The notes below the pieces were generated by a model. That model was not told where the DNA came from. It did no database searches and was given only the letters and a program-made list of their open reading frames with translations. A program made the position numbers and the translations under genes. From Parcubacteria group bacterium Gr01-1014_8 (lineage in GTDB: Bacteria; Patescibacteriota; Minisyncoccia; Phycocordibacterales; UBA2100), in contig VMGC01000001.1 of the NCBI GenBank assembly GCA_007376385.1, positions 224,001 to 288,000 on the forward strand: a stretch of DNA of 64,000 bases. The letters run 5' to 3'. Positions 27,822-37,799 of the stretch are shown here, piece by piece. Within the stretch, counting starts at the first letter, position 1. Each line of letters starts with the position of its first letter.

Positions 27822-28202
27822 CTATTTTTTCTCGAAGTGACTGGCAACCATTTGGACTATCTCGCTTGGGTCGTGGTCAGCCTTTTGTACGAAAAGTGTA
27901 ATGTTCGCCTCCATTGCATCTGCAAGATTTTCCGCATTTATCGAGTTGGTTAAAATGACAAAGAATGTTTCAGGTGCGGATGCGCGAGTTTCTTTTACAA
28001 GCTCGATACCCGAGCGCTCAGGGAGCATTAGATCGACTATAGCGACGGCAGGAGAATCTTTCTTGATAGCTGTGAGACCTGCTTCGTATGAGATCGCTCC
28101 TTCAACTTCAGCACCCGCATCAGCGAATAATTTTGAGAGTACGTCAATAACACGCGGGTCGTCATCAACTATAAGCACCTTTTTTCCTTTCATTCGAGAC
28201 AT
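27822..28202 (-). CDS. Response regulator, receiver domain only (CheY-like)
   Basis: KKVLIVDDDPRVIDVL...AIVDLMLPERSGIEL. The start at 28202 overlaps the kinase stop (TAATG). The listed ORF extends to 28262. Confidence 0.75.
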   Translation of the reverse strand: MSRMKGKKVLIVDDDPRVIDVLSKLFADAGAEVEGAISYEAGLTAIKKDSPAVAIVDLMLPERSGIELVKETRASAPETFFVILTNSINAENLADAMEANITLFVQKADHDPSEIVQMVASHFEKK

Positions 28203-29569
28203 TATACATTGGCAGGAAGCGTGACAGTGAATGTCGTGCCGTTTGCTTCTGACGAATTGCACGTGATAGTGCCCCTGTGAAAATCAACTATTTTTTTGGA
28301 GATATACAAGCCGAATCCAGTCCCCATCGCGCCTGACTCTTCGGCATTGGTGCCTCGGAATCCCTTGAATATCGAGTCGAGGTCAGTTTTTGAAATACTG
28401 ATGCCGCGATTGTGCACTTGGAACATTCTGGATGTTTGATCGTCTACATAGGAGATTGAGACCACTGAACCGGGGGGAGAATATTTAACTGCATTGGATA
28501 GCAGATTATCGAATACAAGGCGCAGTTTCTCTGCGTCGCCCATAACCATCGCCGACGTGTCCGGCCCGATATCGGACTGAATGGTGATATTTTTGGCTTT
28601 TCCTAAGGAAAGCCCGTCGGCGATAGCACTTCTGAGGACACGGGCAACATTGACCGGCTTGAAATCAGCCCTACGCATGAGACCGTGGTCGGCTGACGTT
28701 GTCAGCAGGAACGTGGAGGTCAAGTCGATGAGCGAACATATGCGGAGGTAAATGTCGTTCAATGTGTCTCGCATTTCTGGTCTCAGCGAGGTGTCCAGCC
28801 TCAGTGTCGAAAGGCTCCATCGCAAAGAAGCGAGCGGTGAGCGCAGTTCGTGCGATGCGACGGCTACGAAGTCTTCTTTCATTTTGACGAGGTCTTGCTC
28901 TCTCTTATTAAAAACGTATAGCATGCTGACGAGCGAGAGCAGTGCGATGGTTGCTAGGAGTACAAGACCCGATTGCAGGTAGAAAACTAAGCGGTGGGTG
29001 TCTGCATTTTGATCAAATCCAATGAGTGCAACTGTTGTTCCGCTGGCATTCACGACAGGTGCCAGGGCAGATATCCAATTGCCCCAGCGGTCTGCGTATA
29101 TTTCTAGGACGAAGGGAACATTGGGGTTCCATCCATTTATCAGAGCCGGAGATGCCTCTACATACTCCTGCCCAGGAGGAGAGTAATCTTCGGACGAAGG
29201 GTCCTCCGAATCGAGCATGAAGTACACGCGGCCATTCCGCATTGCCATCAAGTACGCAAAACGCAGGTCTTTGTTGGCATCCTTTAGTGCGGTGATCTTT
29301 TTCTTCAGCAAGATGTATACGGGGTTGTCGAGGTCTGCTTCAGACAGTGTTAGTTGAGACATCTCCGCAGGCTCAAGAACAGTAGCAACAGACTGCACGC
29401 GCCTCACCAACTGCTCGTAGGTCTGGGTGTTTGTTGTGTGGCCGACATAAAAGAATGCGAGCGCACTTACTGCAAGTATCGCTACGCACGCGACGTAGTA
29501 GAGAATATCCTCTCTCTTCAAGCCCCGCTTGCCGAAAGGCATAGAGGAATTATACGGGACATTTAGCAT
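28202..29569 (-). CDS. Sensor histidine kinase
   Basis: N-terminal TM, extracytoplasmic domain and second TM. H-box ASHELRSPLASL. HATPase_c G-boxes (NAVKYS, GTGFGLYISKKIV). Confidence 0.85.
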   Translation of the reverse strand: MLNVPYNSSMPFGKRGLKREDILYYVACVAILAVSALAFFYVGHTTNTQTYEQLVRRVQSVATVLEPAEMSQLTLSEADLDNPVYILLKKKITALKDANKDLRFAYLMAMRNGRVYFMLDSEDPSSEDYSPPGQEYVEASPALINGWNPNVPFVLEIYADRWGNWISALAPVVNASGTTVALIGFDQNADTHRLVFYLQSGLVLLATIALLSLVSMLYVFNKREQDLVKMKEDFVAVASHELRSPLASLRWSLSTLRLDTSLRPEMRDTLNDIYLRICSLIDLTSTFLLTTSADHGLMRRADFKPVNVARVLRSAIADGLSLGKAKNITIQSDIGPDTSAMVMGDAEKLRLVFDNLLSNAVKYSPPGSVVSISYVDDQTSRMFQVHNRGISISKTDLDSIFKGFRGTNAEESGAMGTGFGLYISKKIVDFHRGTITCNSSEANGTTFTVTLPANV

Positions 29570-29582
29570 GGAGCTTTTACTG

Positions 29583-29618
29583 TGTGGATAAATTGGTAGA
29601 CGCTACTAGTCTCAGGAT
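29583..29618 (+). pseudogene. tRNA-Leu-like 5' fragment (D-arm plus anticodon loop CAG), truncated after the anticodon loop
   Basis: GTGGATAAATTGGTAGACGC matches the class-II tRNA D-arm consensus. It is followed by CTAGT CTCAGGA (U33, CAG, purine-37). There is no 3' half and no proper acceptor stem. Confidence 0.3.
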
Positions 29619-29630
29619 AAAATTGAGAAT

Positions 29631-30386
29631 GTGAAAAGAGGACCGAAACCGAAAGGGCAGGTAAGTACAAATTGGTCATCGGACTTTGCTTACGTCATTG
29701 GATTAATTACTGCCGATGGTTGTCTGCTTAATGATGGCCGACACATTGATTTTACTTCAAAAGATCGAGAGCAAGTTGCAACGTTCAAAAAATGCTTAAA
29801 GCTCAAAGCCAAGATCGGCATCAAACATTCTGGGATCGGAAACGAGTACTACCGCATACAATTTGGCGATGTTTTGTTTTATGCATTTCTTGTTAGCATC
29901 GGCTTATCTCCTGCAAAATCAAAAACAATCTCTCACGTGCTTGTTCCTGATGAATATTTTCTGGATTTTCTCAGAGGTTACTTCGATGGAGATGGCACAA
30001 GTTATTCTTTTTACGATTCAATCTTCCCAAAAAGTTACCGATTCTATATATCGTTTATGTCGGCAAGTCCCGTCTATATTCATTGGCTAAGAAAAAAGAT
30101 AAGTGATTTTTTACACATTCAGGGGCATCTCGACCGCAGTGGTAACAAGCCGTACATTCAACTCAAATTCTCAAAGAAAGAAGCAGTGATACTAGCCAAA
30201 GGTATGTACTATTCTAGCGGCATTCCGTGGTTAACGCGGAAGCATTTGAAGATTCAGCGATCTTTACGCATAATCGAGGCAGGCCGCGGTGGTGAAATTG
30301 GTAAACACGCTGCGTTCAGAACGCAGTTCTCGCAAGGGGTTGGGAGTTCGAGTCTCCCCCGCGGCACATCAAAATTTGCTCATTAA
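29631..30386 (+). CDS. LAGLIDADG homing endonuclease (double-motif type); reading frame runs through the downstream tRNA-Leu
   Basis: YVIGLITADGCLL and LRGYFDGDGTSY are two LAGLIDADG motifs. The frame is already open from 29610 inside the tRNA fragment. The last ~35 codons are tRNA-Leu sequence, and the stop at 30384 lies past the tRNA. Confidence 0.75.
   Translation: MKRGPKPKGQVSTNWSSDFAYVIGLITADGCLLNDGRHIDFTSKDREQVATFKKCLKLKAKIGIKHSGIGNEYYRIQFGDVLFYAFLVSIGLSPAKSKTISHVLVPDEYFLDFLRGYFDGDGTSYSFYDSIFPKSYRFYISFMSASPVYIHWLRKKISDFLHIQGHLDRSGNKPYIQLKFSKKEAVILAKGMYYSSGIPWLTRKHLKIQRSLRIIEAGRGGEIGKHAAFRTQFSQGVGSSSLPRGTSKFAH
30283..30366 (+). tRNA. tRNA-Leu (anticodon CAG), class II with long variable arm
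   Basis: GCCGCGG acceptor, GTGAAATTGGTAAACAC D-arm, CTGCG-TTCAGAA-CGCAG anticodon arm (CAG), ~15-nt variable arm, GGGAGTTCGAGTCTCCC T-arm, CCGCGGC-A 3' acceptor. Confidence 0.8.
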
Positions 30387-30792
30387 CTGGCGCGGAATTC
30401 CGAGATACACTCTGTTCGCCAGCGGATATTCTCCGAAGATGGCAAAGCCCTGAGGTCTTGGCACTCCCTTTTCTTGTATTGGCAGTTTGTATCCTGAAGG
30501 CGTTCCTGTCATGCCAGCATCTACTACGACGACCGGAGTTACCCCTCCTTTAAATATCACCACCCTCATTTTTTTTGTGATCGCCGCTGACTATCAAAAT
30601 TCTCACCGTAACATCCTCGCCTGCAAGTTGTAGTGGAAAAAGTTTCTCTTTGATGTGCTCAGTATCTGGGTAAACTTGAATTCCGTGTTGCAAAACGTGA
30701 GCGAAAAGTTCCTCAGCCAATTTCCGTCGCTCTTCCTGCGTGCCTTCGGTCGCCGCGACGAAGTCGACTATTTTGAAATACTTTTCGGGCAA
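30369..30792 (-). pseudogene. Hypothetical protein split by a frameshift at an A8/T8 homopolymer (30568-30576)
   Basis: ORFs 30550..30792 and 30369..30569 are adjacent and same-strand. Removing one A in the A8 run fuses them into a single ~146-aa ORF. Confidence 0.35.
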
Positions 30793-30977
30793 GGGAATTC
30801 CTTGCTAGACTGAAGGCTTCTCAATCAGCTCTTCTGCTCGTGGAGTTTCAGGAGCATCTTTTTCTCCTGCGCGTCCGCCGACCCAGCGAGAACCCCCCAC
30901 AATGCCTACTGCCCCGAGCGTTCTTCTTATCCCCCTGGCAAGGTCGTCTAATCCCATTGGCCCATTATACTGTCAGC

Positions 30978-31430
30978 ATGGACATCAAGGAGCACACACA
31001 GCCAGCGAAACTCGAGCGGTATAGCTTTCTCTGGTCCGAAGTTCGTCTCGTCATCGCTGCCGTGGCGCTTCTTCTGGGCGGGATCCCGCCAGCATTGTAT
31101 CTTCTGCCGATTCCCGCTCTGTACGGTCTTATCATAGTTCTTTTAAAACTTGCGTGGATTGTTTCAGGTGCGGCGTCTGCTTACTTGCTCTACCGATGGT
31201 ACATCGGGGGGCGGAAAGTATTCGGCGGTAATGACATGAAAGATAACGTTGCGTTCTTCGTGAGTGTCATTTCCGGCATTAATCTTGGCATCGTGGGGCT
31301 GCTCGGCACGAATATCGGCATGTCCATAACGAGCAACTATATCGTTTTTGTCATCGTCGCGCTCCTCTATCTTGCGGCAGCGTATCAACTCTACACGCGT
31401 TGGAAATCACACGGAGAGAAGATTTCCTAG
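30978..31430 (+). CDS. Hypothetical membrane protein (4 predicted TM)
   Basis: Start placed at ATG 30978 (MDIKEHTQ). Four hydrophobic helices. Confidence 0.45.
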   Translation: MDIKEHTQPAKLERYSFLWSEVRLVIAAVALLLGGIPPALYLLPIPALYGLIIVLLKLAWIVSGAASAYLLYRWYIGGRKVFGGNDMKDNVAFFVSVISGINLGIVGLLGTNIGMSITSNYIVFVIVALLYLAAAYQLYTRWKSHGEKIS

Positions 31431-31489
31431 ATAATCCGCGTTCCTCCTCTTTCCTTGCTCTCAACATATTACTCAGTTAGAGTCCGAGA

Positions 31490-32194
31490 ATGATTGCGTT
31501 CCTTAGAGTCATCGGGTTTTTGCTCGTGTGCCTACTTTTGCTTATCGCGGGAATCGCTGTATTTTTTGTAATTAAAGATTACCCAATAGTTCGCCAAGTG
31601 CCTGAACACGTTGAATGGATCGAGAATTTCTATACAGCGAATTCACGTTTTCCAAGTAAAGCAGAGTTTGAAAGTCAGTTTCCCGGCGTATTAAGTTCCA
31701 ATCCTCATTGGCATACTGGCACACATTACCGCATGTATGGAGACCAGGAATCAGCGCAGCATTACTATTATTCATACCCCATTTCGCATATAGGGAAATG
31801 GCTTGGAATTGCAGACCAAGGCTCTCCTTTCACGGGCGTTCTTGGATATGAGGGCTATTACACCGTTGATCCATGTCCTCGATGGGCAGATGTCGGGTTG
31901 GGTGACTCGTATCCTCACGATGCGTACGTGTATCCTCCTGAGGGCTTAATTCGAAGCAACTTCCATAAAGGCACCATTTATTTTTGGGATAGTAAGATAA
32001 ATACGGAAGACGACTGGGGAAGACTCCTTATGTCGGGGTTTGTACATCCTCGGGTTATGCAAAAAGACGGCTCGAACGTGATTATCACAAACGGACCTGA
32101 CGTTTTGTCCTATGCGTGGGACAGTGTTGCGATGAAATTAGTGAATCCTCAAAGGATTGGAGAAGTACCGACAGGATGTCCTGCGCGTGAATAA
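31490..32194 (+). CDS. Hypothetical N-terminally anchored protein (234 aa)
   Basis: Single N-terminal TM followed by a Tyr/His/Pro-rich domain. No known motifs. Confidence 0.45.
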   Translation: MIAFLRVIGFLLVCLLLLIAGIAVFFVIKDYPIVRQVPEHVEWIENFYTANSRFPSKAEFESQFPGVLSSNPHWHTGTHYRMYGDQESAQHYYYSYPISHIGKWLGIADQGSPFTGVLGYEGYYTVDPCPRWADVGLGDSYPHDAYVYPPEGLIRSNFHKGTIYFWDSKINTEDDWGRLLMSGFVHPRVMQKDGSNVIITNGPDVLSYAWDSVAMKLVNPQRIGEVPTGCPARE

Positions 32195-32279
32195 TAGATC
32201 AGTTAGGTATCCTCCTCACGAGACGGTAATCAGTGTCCCTTTTCTGCCCAATACTTCGCTGATATAGTGTGCCTTCTTT

Positions 32280-33173
32280 ATGGTTAAAAAGATTGGCACA
32301 TTTCGTGTTAAATCCGGCCTCGCGCAGATGCTAAAGGGCGGCGTCATTATGGATGTCGTGAATGCCGAACAGGCGAGAATCTCGGAAAAAGCAGGGGCGG
32401 TTGCGGTGATGGCACTGGAGCGTGTTCCTGCGGACATTCGTGCCACAGGCGGCGTCGCGCGTATGTCGGACCCACGAATGATAAAAGAGATCCAAAAAGC
32501 TGTGACAATCCCTGTGATGGCAAAATGCCGCATTGGGCACTTTGTTGAAGCGCAGATACTTGAGGCACTCGACGTCGACTACGTCGATGAAAGCGAAGTC
32601 CTAACCCCCGCAGATGAACAATTTCATATTGATAAAACAAAATTCACAGCGCCATTCGTGTGTGGTGCGAAAGACTTGGGCCAGGCATTGCGGAGGATCT
32701 CGGAGGGCGCGGCGATGATACGGACGAAGGGAGAAGCGGGGAGCGGAAATATCGTGGAAGCGGTGCGTCACATTCGTACTGTTCGGTCAGAGATCGACGA
32801 AATTCAGAAACTTCACAAGAGCGGCAACACGAAAAAACTACGAGAGAAGGCGGCAGAATATCGAGTCGCATACGATCTTGTTGTACAAACGGCGAAACTT
32901 GGACGATTACCTGTCGTGAATTTTGCTGCGGGCGGTATTGCGACACCTGCGGATGCAGCGCTTTGCATGCAGCTGGGCGTTGACGGCGTATTTGTCGGCT
33001 CAGGTATTTTCAAAAGTGCAGAGCCGAAAAAGCGTGCAAAAGCTATCGTGGATGCGGTCGCACATTTTAGAGATGCAAAAAAGATCGCGCAGGTAAGCGA
33101 AAATATGGGCGATGCAATGAAAGGACAGGAATTGTCGAAACTAGAAACTCGATACTCCCATAGGGGAATCTAG
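32280..33173 (+). CDS. pdxS: Pyridoxal 5'-phosphate synthase lyase subunit PdxS
   Basis: [47 protein letters not shown] is near-identical to the PdxS/Pdx1 consensus. Confidence 0.9.
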   Translation: MVKKIGTFRVKSGLAQMLKGGVIMDVVNAEQARISEKAGAVAVMALERVPADIRATGGVARMSDPRMIKEIQKAVTIPVMAKCRIGHFVEAQILEALDVDYVDESEVLTPADEQFHIDKTKFTAPFVCGAKDLGQALRRISEGAAMIRTKGEAGSGNIVEAVRHIRTVRSEIDEIQKLHKSGNTKKLREKAAEYRVAYDLVVQTAKLGRLPVVNFAAGGIATPADAALCMQLGVDGVFVGSGIFKSAEPKKRAKAIVDAVAHFRDAKKIAQVSENMGDAMKGQELSKLETRYSHRGI

Positions 33174-33174
33174 C

Positions 33175-33765
33175 ATGTTGCGAGTTGGTATCTTAGCATT
33201 TCATGGCGATGTCAGCGAGCACCTCCGTGCCTCAAAAGGGGCTGCTGAAAAGCTGAAACGAAAGATTATAGTATCTGAAGTGCGGACGAGATCAGATTTG
33301 AATGGATTGGATGCTCTTATTATCCCAGGAGGTGAAAGTACGACGCTTCAAAAACTCTGTGAGCGAGAAGGAATGTTTCCTGCGATGAAAAAAATCAAGA
33401 ATATATTTGGCACGTGCGCAGGTGCCATACTGCTCGCCAAAAAAGTAAGGAATAAAGCCACAAATCAGCGGACAATCGAATTGATGAATATTGAGGTCGA
33501 ACGAAATGCATACGGACGTCAGAACGAGTCATTCGAAAAAGAAATAGGAACGACGCTCGGAAAAATGGTCGCAACATTCATCCGCGCTCCGCACATTAAC
33601 AATGTAGGAAAAGGTGTCACTGTGCTTGCCAAAGATGGTGGCGAGATTCTTGCTTGCGAACAAAGGGTGGGCGACAAATACTACCTTGCGCTCTCATTTC
33701 ATCCCGAACTCACGACGACGAAATTCCACGAGTATTTTTTGAATCAAGTCGCAAGTGCGAGATAA
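33175..33765 (+). CDS. pdxT: Pyridoxal 5'-phosphate synthase glutaminase subunit PdxT
   Basis: LIIPGGESTT..FGTCAG catalytic Cys context. Lies immediately downstream of pdxS. Confidence 0.85.
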   Translation: MLRVGILAFHGDVSEHLRASKGAAEKLKRKIIVSEVRTRSDLNGLDALIIPGGESTTLQKLCEREGMFPAMKKIKNIFGTCAGAILLAKKVRNKATNQRTIELMNIEVERNAYGRQNESFEKEIGTTLGKMVATFIRAPHINNVGKGVTVLAKDGGEILACEQRVGDKYYLALSFHPELTTTKFHEYFLNQVASAR

Positions 33766-33774
33766 AATGAGTAC

Positions 33775-34362
33775 ATGGACTGGAATACATTCCTTATCGT
33801 TGTAGGAGTCAGTGTCTTCGCGGTGTATCCCGGCTTTGAATTTTTCCAGTATCTTGCGATCCGCAGAGGCCAAATACCGCGGCGAGGTGAGGTGGAGTGG
33901 AAGGGAAGATCATTCTTTCACTGGGATCGATACAAAACACTTTTGTTTGGCGACTTACTATTTGCCTCTCTCTTTAACGGATTTGCCATCTGCCTGTTTT
34001 CTTTGGAACGAAATCATCTCGGCACACTCTATTTTGTGGCAGCAGCTCTGATCGCGCTCGTCATCACGGGAGCATGGTTCGCGCAGGCCAAACGGCGTTT
34101 TGAAACCGGTGACATGCGAACTCTGCGATGGGACTGGGCATTTACAGCTTCCAACGGCCGTCCTCCGATCAGCGGTTTGTACCACCTCGTCTATTTTGCC
34201 TTTGAAGCGTTTCTTGTCTCCTTCACCCTGCTAATGTTGATTTCAGTACCTATCGAACGCTTCATACTGCTCGGCCTCATATGTTCTTCTGCAGGGTATA
34301 TCGCAACGCTTCTGTATGATATGTACGATATCGGCATGTTTCTCGGTCCCCGCACAGGCTGA
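33775..34362 (+). CDS. Hypothetical membrane protein (195 aa)
   Basis: Multiple hydrophobic helices. No known motifs. Confidence 0.45.
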   Translation: MDWNTFLIVVGVSVFAVYPGFEFFQYLAIRRGQIPRRGEVEWKGRSFFHWDRYKTLLFGDLLFASLFNGFAICLFSLERNHLGTLYFVAAALIALVITGAWFAQAKRRFETGDMRTLRWDWAFTASNGRPPISGLYHLVYFAFEAFLVSFTLLMLISVPIERFILLGLICSSAGYIATLLYDMYDIGMFLGPRTG

Positions 34363-34364
34363 AC

Positions 34365-37082
34365 TCAAAAGAGTAGGTTGTAGAAGAATGAACCAAGCTT
34401 TTTGAAGAAACCAAACACCTTTGATCCGAGCCCGGATGTTTCGACATTCCCTGCTGCTGCAACTTGAGCAGTATTGGATGGTGGAGGAAGAACGGCAAGG
34501 GGCGGGGGAACGGGCAACGTACTCGTTGCCATCTTTTGTTTCGGAGCATCCTTTTTGATTGTCGCTTTTTCGACGGTCGCTTTCTTTTCTACAACTGGTG
34601 GCATCAGTATGATCTCGGGTATTGCTTGCGGTGAGCTTGTCGAAACCGTTGATGTCGAAATGCCAAGCACGAGGGGCGTAGTCGATGCTTGCGAGTTCGT
34701 TGGGGGTGTTGAAGTTGCCGCAGACGTTGTAGAAGTCGTGGTTTGTCCTCCGCTTGCTTGAGTTGAACCCGAACCCGAAAGGGCTGAACTGGTACTTGGT
34801 TTTGTGAAATCCTGCAAGACGGAATCCCACGTTCTTCCAAGTGCCGCGGGAATCGCATACTCGGTGCTCCAGAGGCGTTGGTGAGGATCTGTGCTCATTG
34901 TTTCCAATCCTCCGTCAGTCTGTTGAAGAGACGCGAGATAATCCTCTGGCGTTTTTCCGTTGATAGTCCACGACGACATTGAGTCTCCCAATGCCGCAAT
35001 TGCTTGCAACGCCCAGCTTGTTGACTGGCCATTTTCAAACCCGCCACTTGTCTGTTGTTTTGAGTGCAGATACGTCCGTGCTCTTTCAAGGGCCTGAGCC
35101 ACGCCATCCAACGACGATACTTGTACGAGAGCCTGCATTGCTGCAGCGGTGAGGTCCACGCTTCCTTCCCACGAACCATCTGCGCGCTGCTTTGAAAGTA
35201 CGAATGCTGTCGTTTGCTGTATCGTTGCATCTCCTGCGCCGTACCCTGCACTTCGGAGGGGGAAGAGCGCGAAGATGTCATCGTTCACGAGAGAGATGTC
35301 ACCGAACTGTGTTCCGTCAAAGTATGTAAGAATTTTCTGAATGTAGTCAATCGACGCGCCTCTGTATGGGTTTACACCAAGTGCCATGAGCGCCATTGCG
35401 CGACGTTCATAATCGGTGACACTCGAGAGCCCTGTGGAATTAGTGCCCAGATATTGTCTTAAGATGTCTTTTGCGTTTTGCGAGGCGTTTCCCGCCATAA
35501 ATGCGATTGCTGCCCAATCAGAGAGGATGCTTGTCGAAAAAGATCCGCCTTCATTCTGCACCGCGACGAGAAATGCGAGCGCGCTTCCAACATTCACCTC
35601 CGCAGATGTTGGTGTGCCGGGGCCGCCTCCGCCAGGGGACTCGTCTGTCGAACCACCTCCGCTACTCGGCGGCGCGGCTGCTTCCGTAACAGCGAGCGCA
35701 GTGCTGGGGAAATAAAAATCTTCTTGTATTCCAACTGCGTAATTTCCGGCTATGCTCAGCGAGAACGTGGCTTGCCCGGATGCGTTCACCGACGACGTTG
35801 CTATCTCAAGCGGCGTGAATGGGTCATCGGGATTCGTTTCTGTAATACCTATCGTGTAGCTTTCTTCTACGGGCGCATATGAATTGCTCAAAGGGACGTA
35901 TCGCTCTGCAGTTGCAGTGAATGATTCATTGACCGCGACTTCATTGTCGCTGAGCGAGACACGGCGCGGATAGCCGAAGAAAAAGAAAACTTGTTCGCCG
36001 CCCGAAAGCGTGTACGAATCTGCTCCGACGCCGGGCGTGGAGCCGTTCACTGCATACTGCCAGTTGTCGCAAGCCTCTGCGGCAAGTGTGATGCAGCGAA
36101 TATAAAAGGAACCGTATGAATCGAAGTATTGAAGGTCCGAGATCGAGAATTTTTCGGACGCCTGGTCCGCATTCCAAAGCGCCGTGAGGGCGCTTGATCC
36201 CGAAACATCGTGGCTTGTGCCGAGCGTTGTTTGGATCGTGGTCGTGCCGGGCGCTATCGTCGTCACGCCTTGGTACGCGAGGTCATCGCCGTTTCTGATG
36301 CGCACGATCACCTCGCTCTCGGCAAGTTCGCGTACAACAAGTGGCGTTGTGGATGCATAGAAGTCTTCCGCAAGCCCGATGTTGTAGGTGTCGGCACTAT
36401 CCAGTTTGATGCTCGCGATGCCACTCTCATCGCTCGTTGCCGTTTTCACAACAGTGGGATTCCATGGCTCAGCACTGTTCGGAAGTGTTGCGCCGACAGT
36501 GGAGCCGGAAAGAGGATGCCAAGAGCCGTCGGTGTAATCATATTCTTCGACAGATACATGAACGGGAATCGTTGGAACGGTTTCTTCCGGCGCGACGGAA
36601 AATCTGCGCGGCGTACCGAAGTATAGGAATACGGTATCACCGTCCTGCAATAGGTAGTCGTCGGTACCGACTTGTGGATACGTGTCGTTCACAACGTACT
36701 GCCAGTTATGGCACTGCGGCTCTGCGGACACCGCAGGAGCCGTGATGCAATTAATGAGGAACGAGTCGAAGGAACTGAAATATGCGATGTCTGAGATAGC
36801 GAACTCATTCTCGGCGGCATCTGTAGCAACGAGAGCTGAAAGCAAACTTCGGGCCGGAGCAGAAACTGCGTCTCCTGATGTTGAAGAGATTGTTGTCGTT
36901 GCGTCAGAAAGGGGAAACGATGCCTCGCCAGTCCACACAATAGTGGTGCCATGACGGATCGTAATGGTTGCTTTTCCTGTTTCTGGTTCGGCCAGCGCTT
37001 CTTGTGCAATGCCGAATCCCATAGGAGAAAGGAGAGAAACCGTCACGAACCCTGCAATTATTTTTCGAATCATGAAAATCAT
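34365..37082 (-). CDS. Large secreted protein with two DUF4430-like domains plus a C-terminal alpha/alpha-toroid (prenyltransferase/terpene-cyclase-like) repeat domain (transcobalamin-like architecture)
   Basis: Signal peptide MIRKIIAGFVTVSLLSPMGFGIAQEALA. Tandem repeats ...CHNWQYVVNDTYPQVGTDDYLLQDGDTVFLYFG and ...CDNWQYAVNGSTPGVGADSYTLSGGEQVFFFFG follow the W.Y.VNG...GD.V..Y DUF4430 pattern. C-terminal repeats GGFENGQSTSWALQAIAALG, DGSWEGSVDLTAAAMQALVQV and EGGSFSTSILSDWAAIAFMAG follow. Then a Ser/Thr/Pro-rich linker and a hydrophobic tail. Start chosen at Met 37082 (MIFMIRK) to avoid overlap with the upstream gene. Confidence 0.65.
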   Translation of the reverse strand: MIFMIRKIIAGFVTVSLLSPMGFGIAQEALAEPETGKATITIRHGTTIVWTGEASFPLSDATTTISSTSGDAVSAPARSLLSALVATDAAENEFAISDIAYFSSFDSFLINCITAPAVSAEPQCHNWQYVVNDTYPQVGTDDYLLQDGDTVFLYFGTPRRFSVAPEETVPTIPVHVSVEEYDYTDGSWHPLSGSTVGATLPNSAEPWNPTVVKTATSDESGIASIKLDSADTYNIGLAEDFYASTTPLVVRELAESEVIVRIRNGDDLAYQGVTTIAPGTTTIQTTLGTSHDVSGSSALTALWNADQASEKFSISDLQYFDSYGSFYIRCITLAAEACDNWQYAVNGSTPGVGADSYTLSGGEQVFFFFGYPRRVSLSDNEVAVNESFTATAERYVPLSNSYAPVEESYTIGITETNPDDPFTPLEIATSSVNASGQATFSLSIAGNYAVGIQEDFYFPSTALAVTEAAAPPSSGGGSTDESPGGGGPGTPTSAEVNVGSALAFLVAVQNEGGSFSTSILSDWAAIAFMAGNASQNAKDILRQYLGTNSTGLSSVTDYERRAMALMALGVNPYRGASIDYIQKILTYFDGTQFGDISLVNDDIFALFPLRSAGYGAGDATIQQTTAFVLSKQRADGSWEGSVDLTAAAMQALVQVSSLDGVAQALERARTYLHSKQQTSGGFENGQSTSWALQAIAALGDSMSSWTINGKTPEDYLASLQQTDGGLETMSTDPHQRLWSTEYAIPAALGRTWDSVLQDFTKPSTSSALSGSGSTQASGGQTTTSTTSAATSTPPTNSQASTTPLVLGISTSTVSTSSPQAIPEIILMPPVVEKKATVEKATIKKDAPKQKMATSTLPVPPPLAVLPPPSNTAQVAAAGNVETSGLGSKVFGFFKKLGSFFYNLLF

Positions 37083-37098
37083 GTAATCTAGTAAATTA

Positions 37099-37644
37099 TT
37101 AATACCCCTTCTTGTATCTCCACTCGATTGAATCTCCCGAAGAAACTTTCGCCGTCGACGCCCCTGTATTTGCAGTTTTTCCATTTACGTAAAGAATCCA
37201 GTAATACCCGTTGTCGCTCCGTAGTCCGTTAATTTCTTCTACCATCACGCCGAGACCGGGGAACTCTTTCGTCTTGAATTCGAAATGTGACTTTTTCGCA
37301 AATTCTTCCATTGCTGCGAGCACTGTTCCTGATTCTTTTGCAGCGAATGTGTAGGACGTTTGGTCGTGTTGCGGGTCGGCAACAGTCGTTGCGGTCTCGA
37401 TTTTTTCAGGAGTTGAAGTAGGACGTACCTTGCTCGAACTCGTTTCGGCCATATCAACCTCGTAGGTCGAAATAGTCGTGGTTGCTGGATTGGGGATGTT
37501 TCTGGTGTCCGAGGTCGAACCTAGAGCATTGGAGTCCGATTTCGGGGAATAAATCGTATACGTCGTTGAGCCTGCGCCAAACGCAGTAAGAACCGTCACG
37601 ATCATCGCTACGAGTATTCCGGCGCTTAGATACATTTTTTTCAT
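37099..37644 (-). CDS. Small secreted DUF4430-like protein
   Basis: ATG at 37644 (MKKMYLSAGILVAMIVTVLTAFGAG signal/TM). The C-terminal domain YWILYVNGKTANTGASTAKVSSGDSIEWRY fits the DUF4430 pattern. Lies directly upstream of the large paralog on the same strand. Confidence 0.6.
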   Translation of the reverse strand: MKKMYLSAGILVAMIVTVLTAFGAGSTTYTIYSPKSDSNALGSTSDTRNIPNPATTTISTYEVDMAETSSSKVRPTSTPEKIETATTVADPQHDQTSYTFAAKESGTVLAAMEEFAKKSHFEFKTKEFPGLGVMVEEINGLRSDNGYYWILYVNGKTANTGASTAKVSSGDSIEWRYKKGY

Positions 37645-37799
37645 ATAAAAAAATCCGCGCCGAGCGGAGAAGGTGAGTAACATTGGTGTATGCACCAACT
37701 TCCTGCTCGGGATATGAGCGTGTCCGCAAACCTCATTCCCGCTGCGCTGCACTCAATCGGGCTACAACTCGTGTCTCGGACTCAATGTGCCACCGGCAC

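Noticed and set aside
34474-36954. Multiple ORFs on both strands (62-138 aa) inside 34474-36954
   Set aside because: All lie within the 939-aa DUF4430/alpha-toroid protein gene, which has coherent domain structure on the minus strand.
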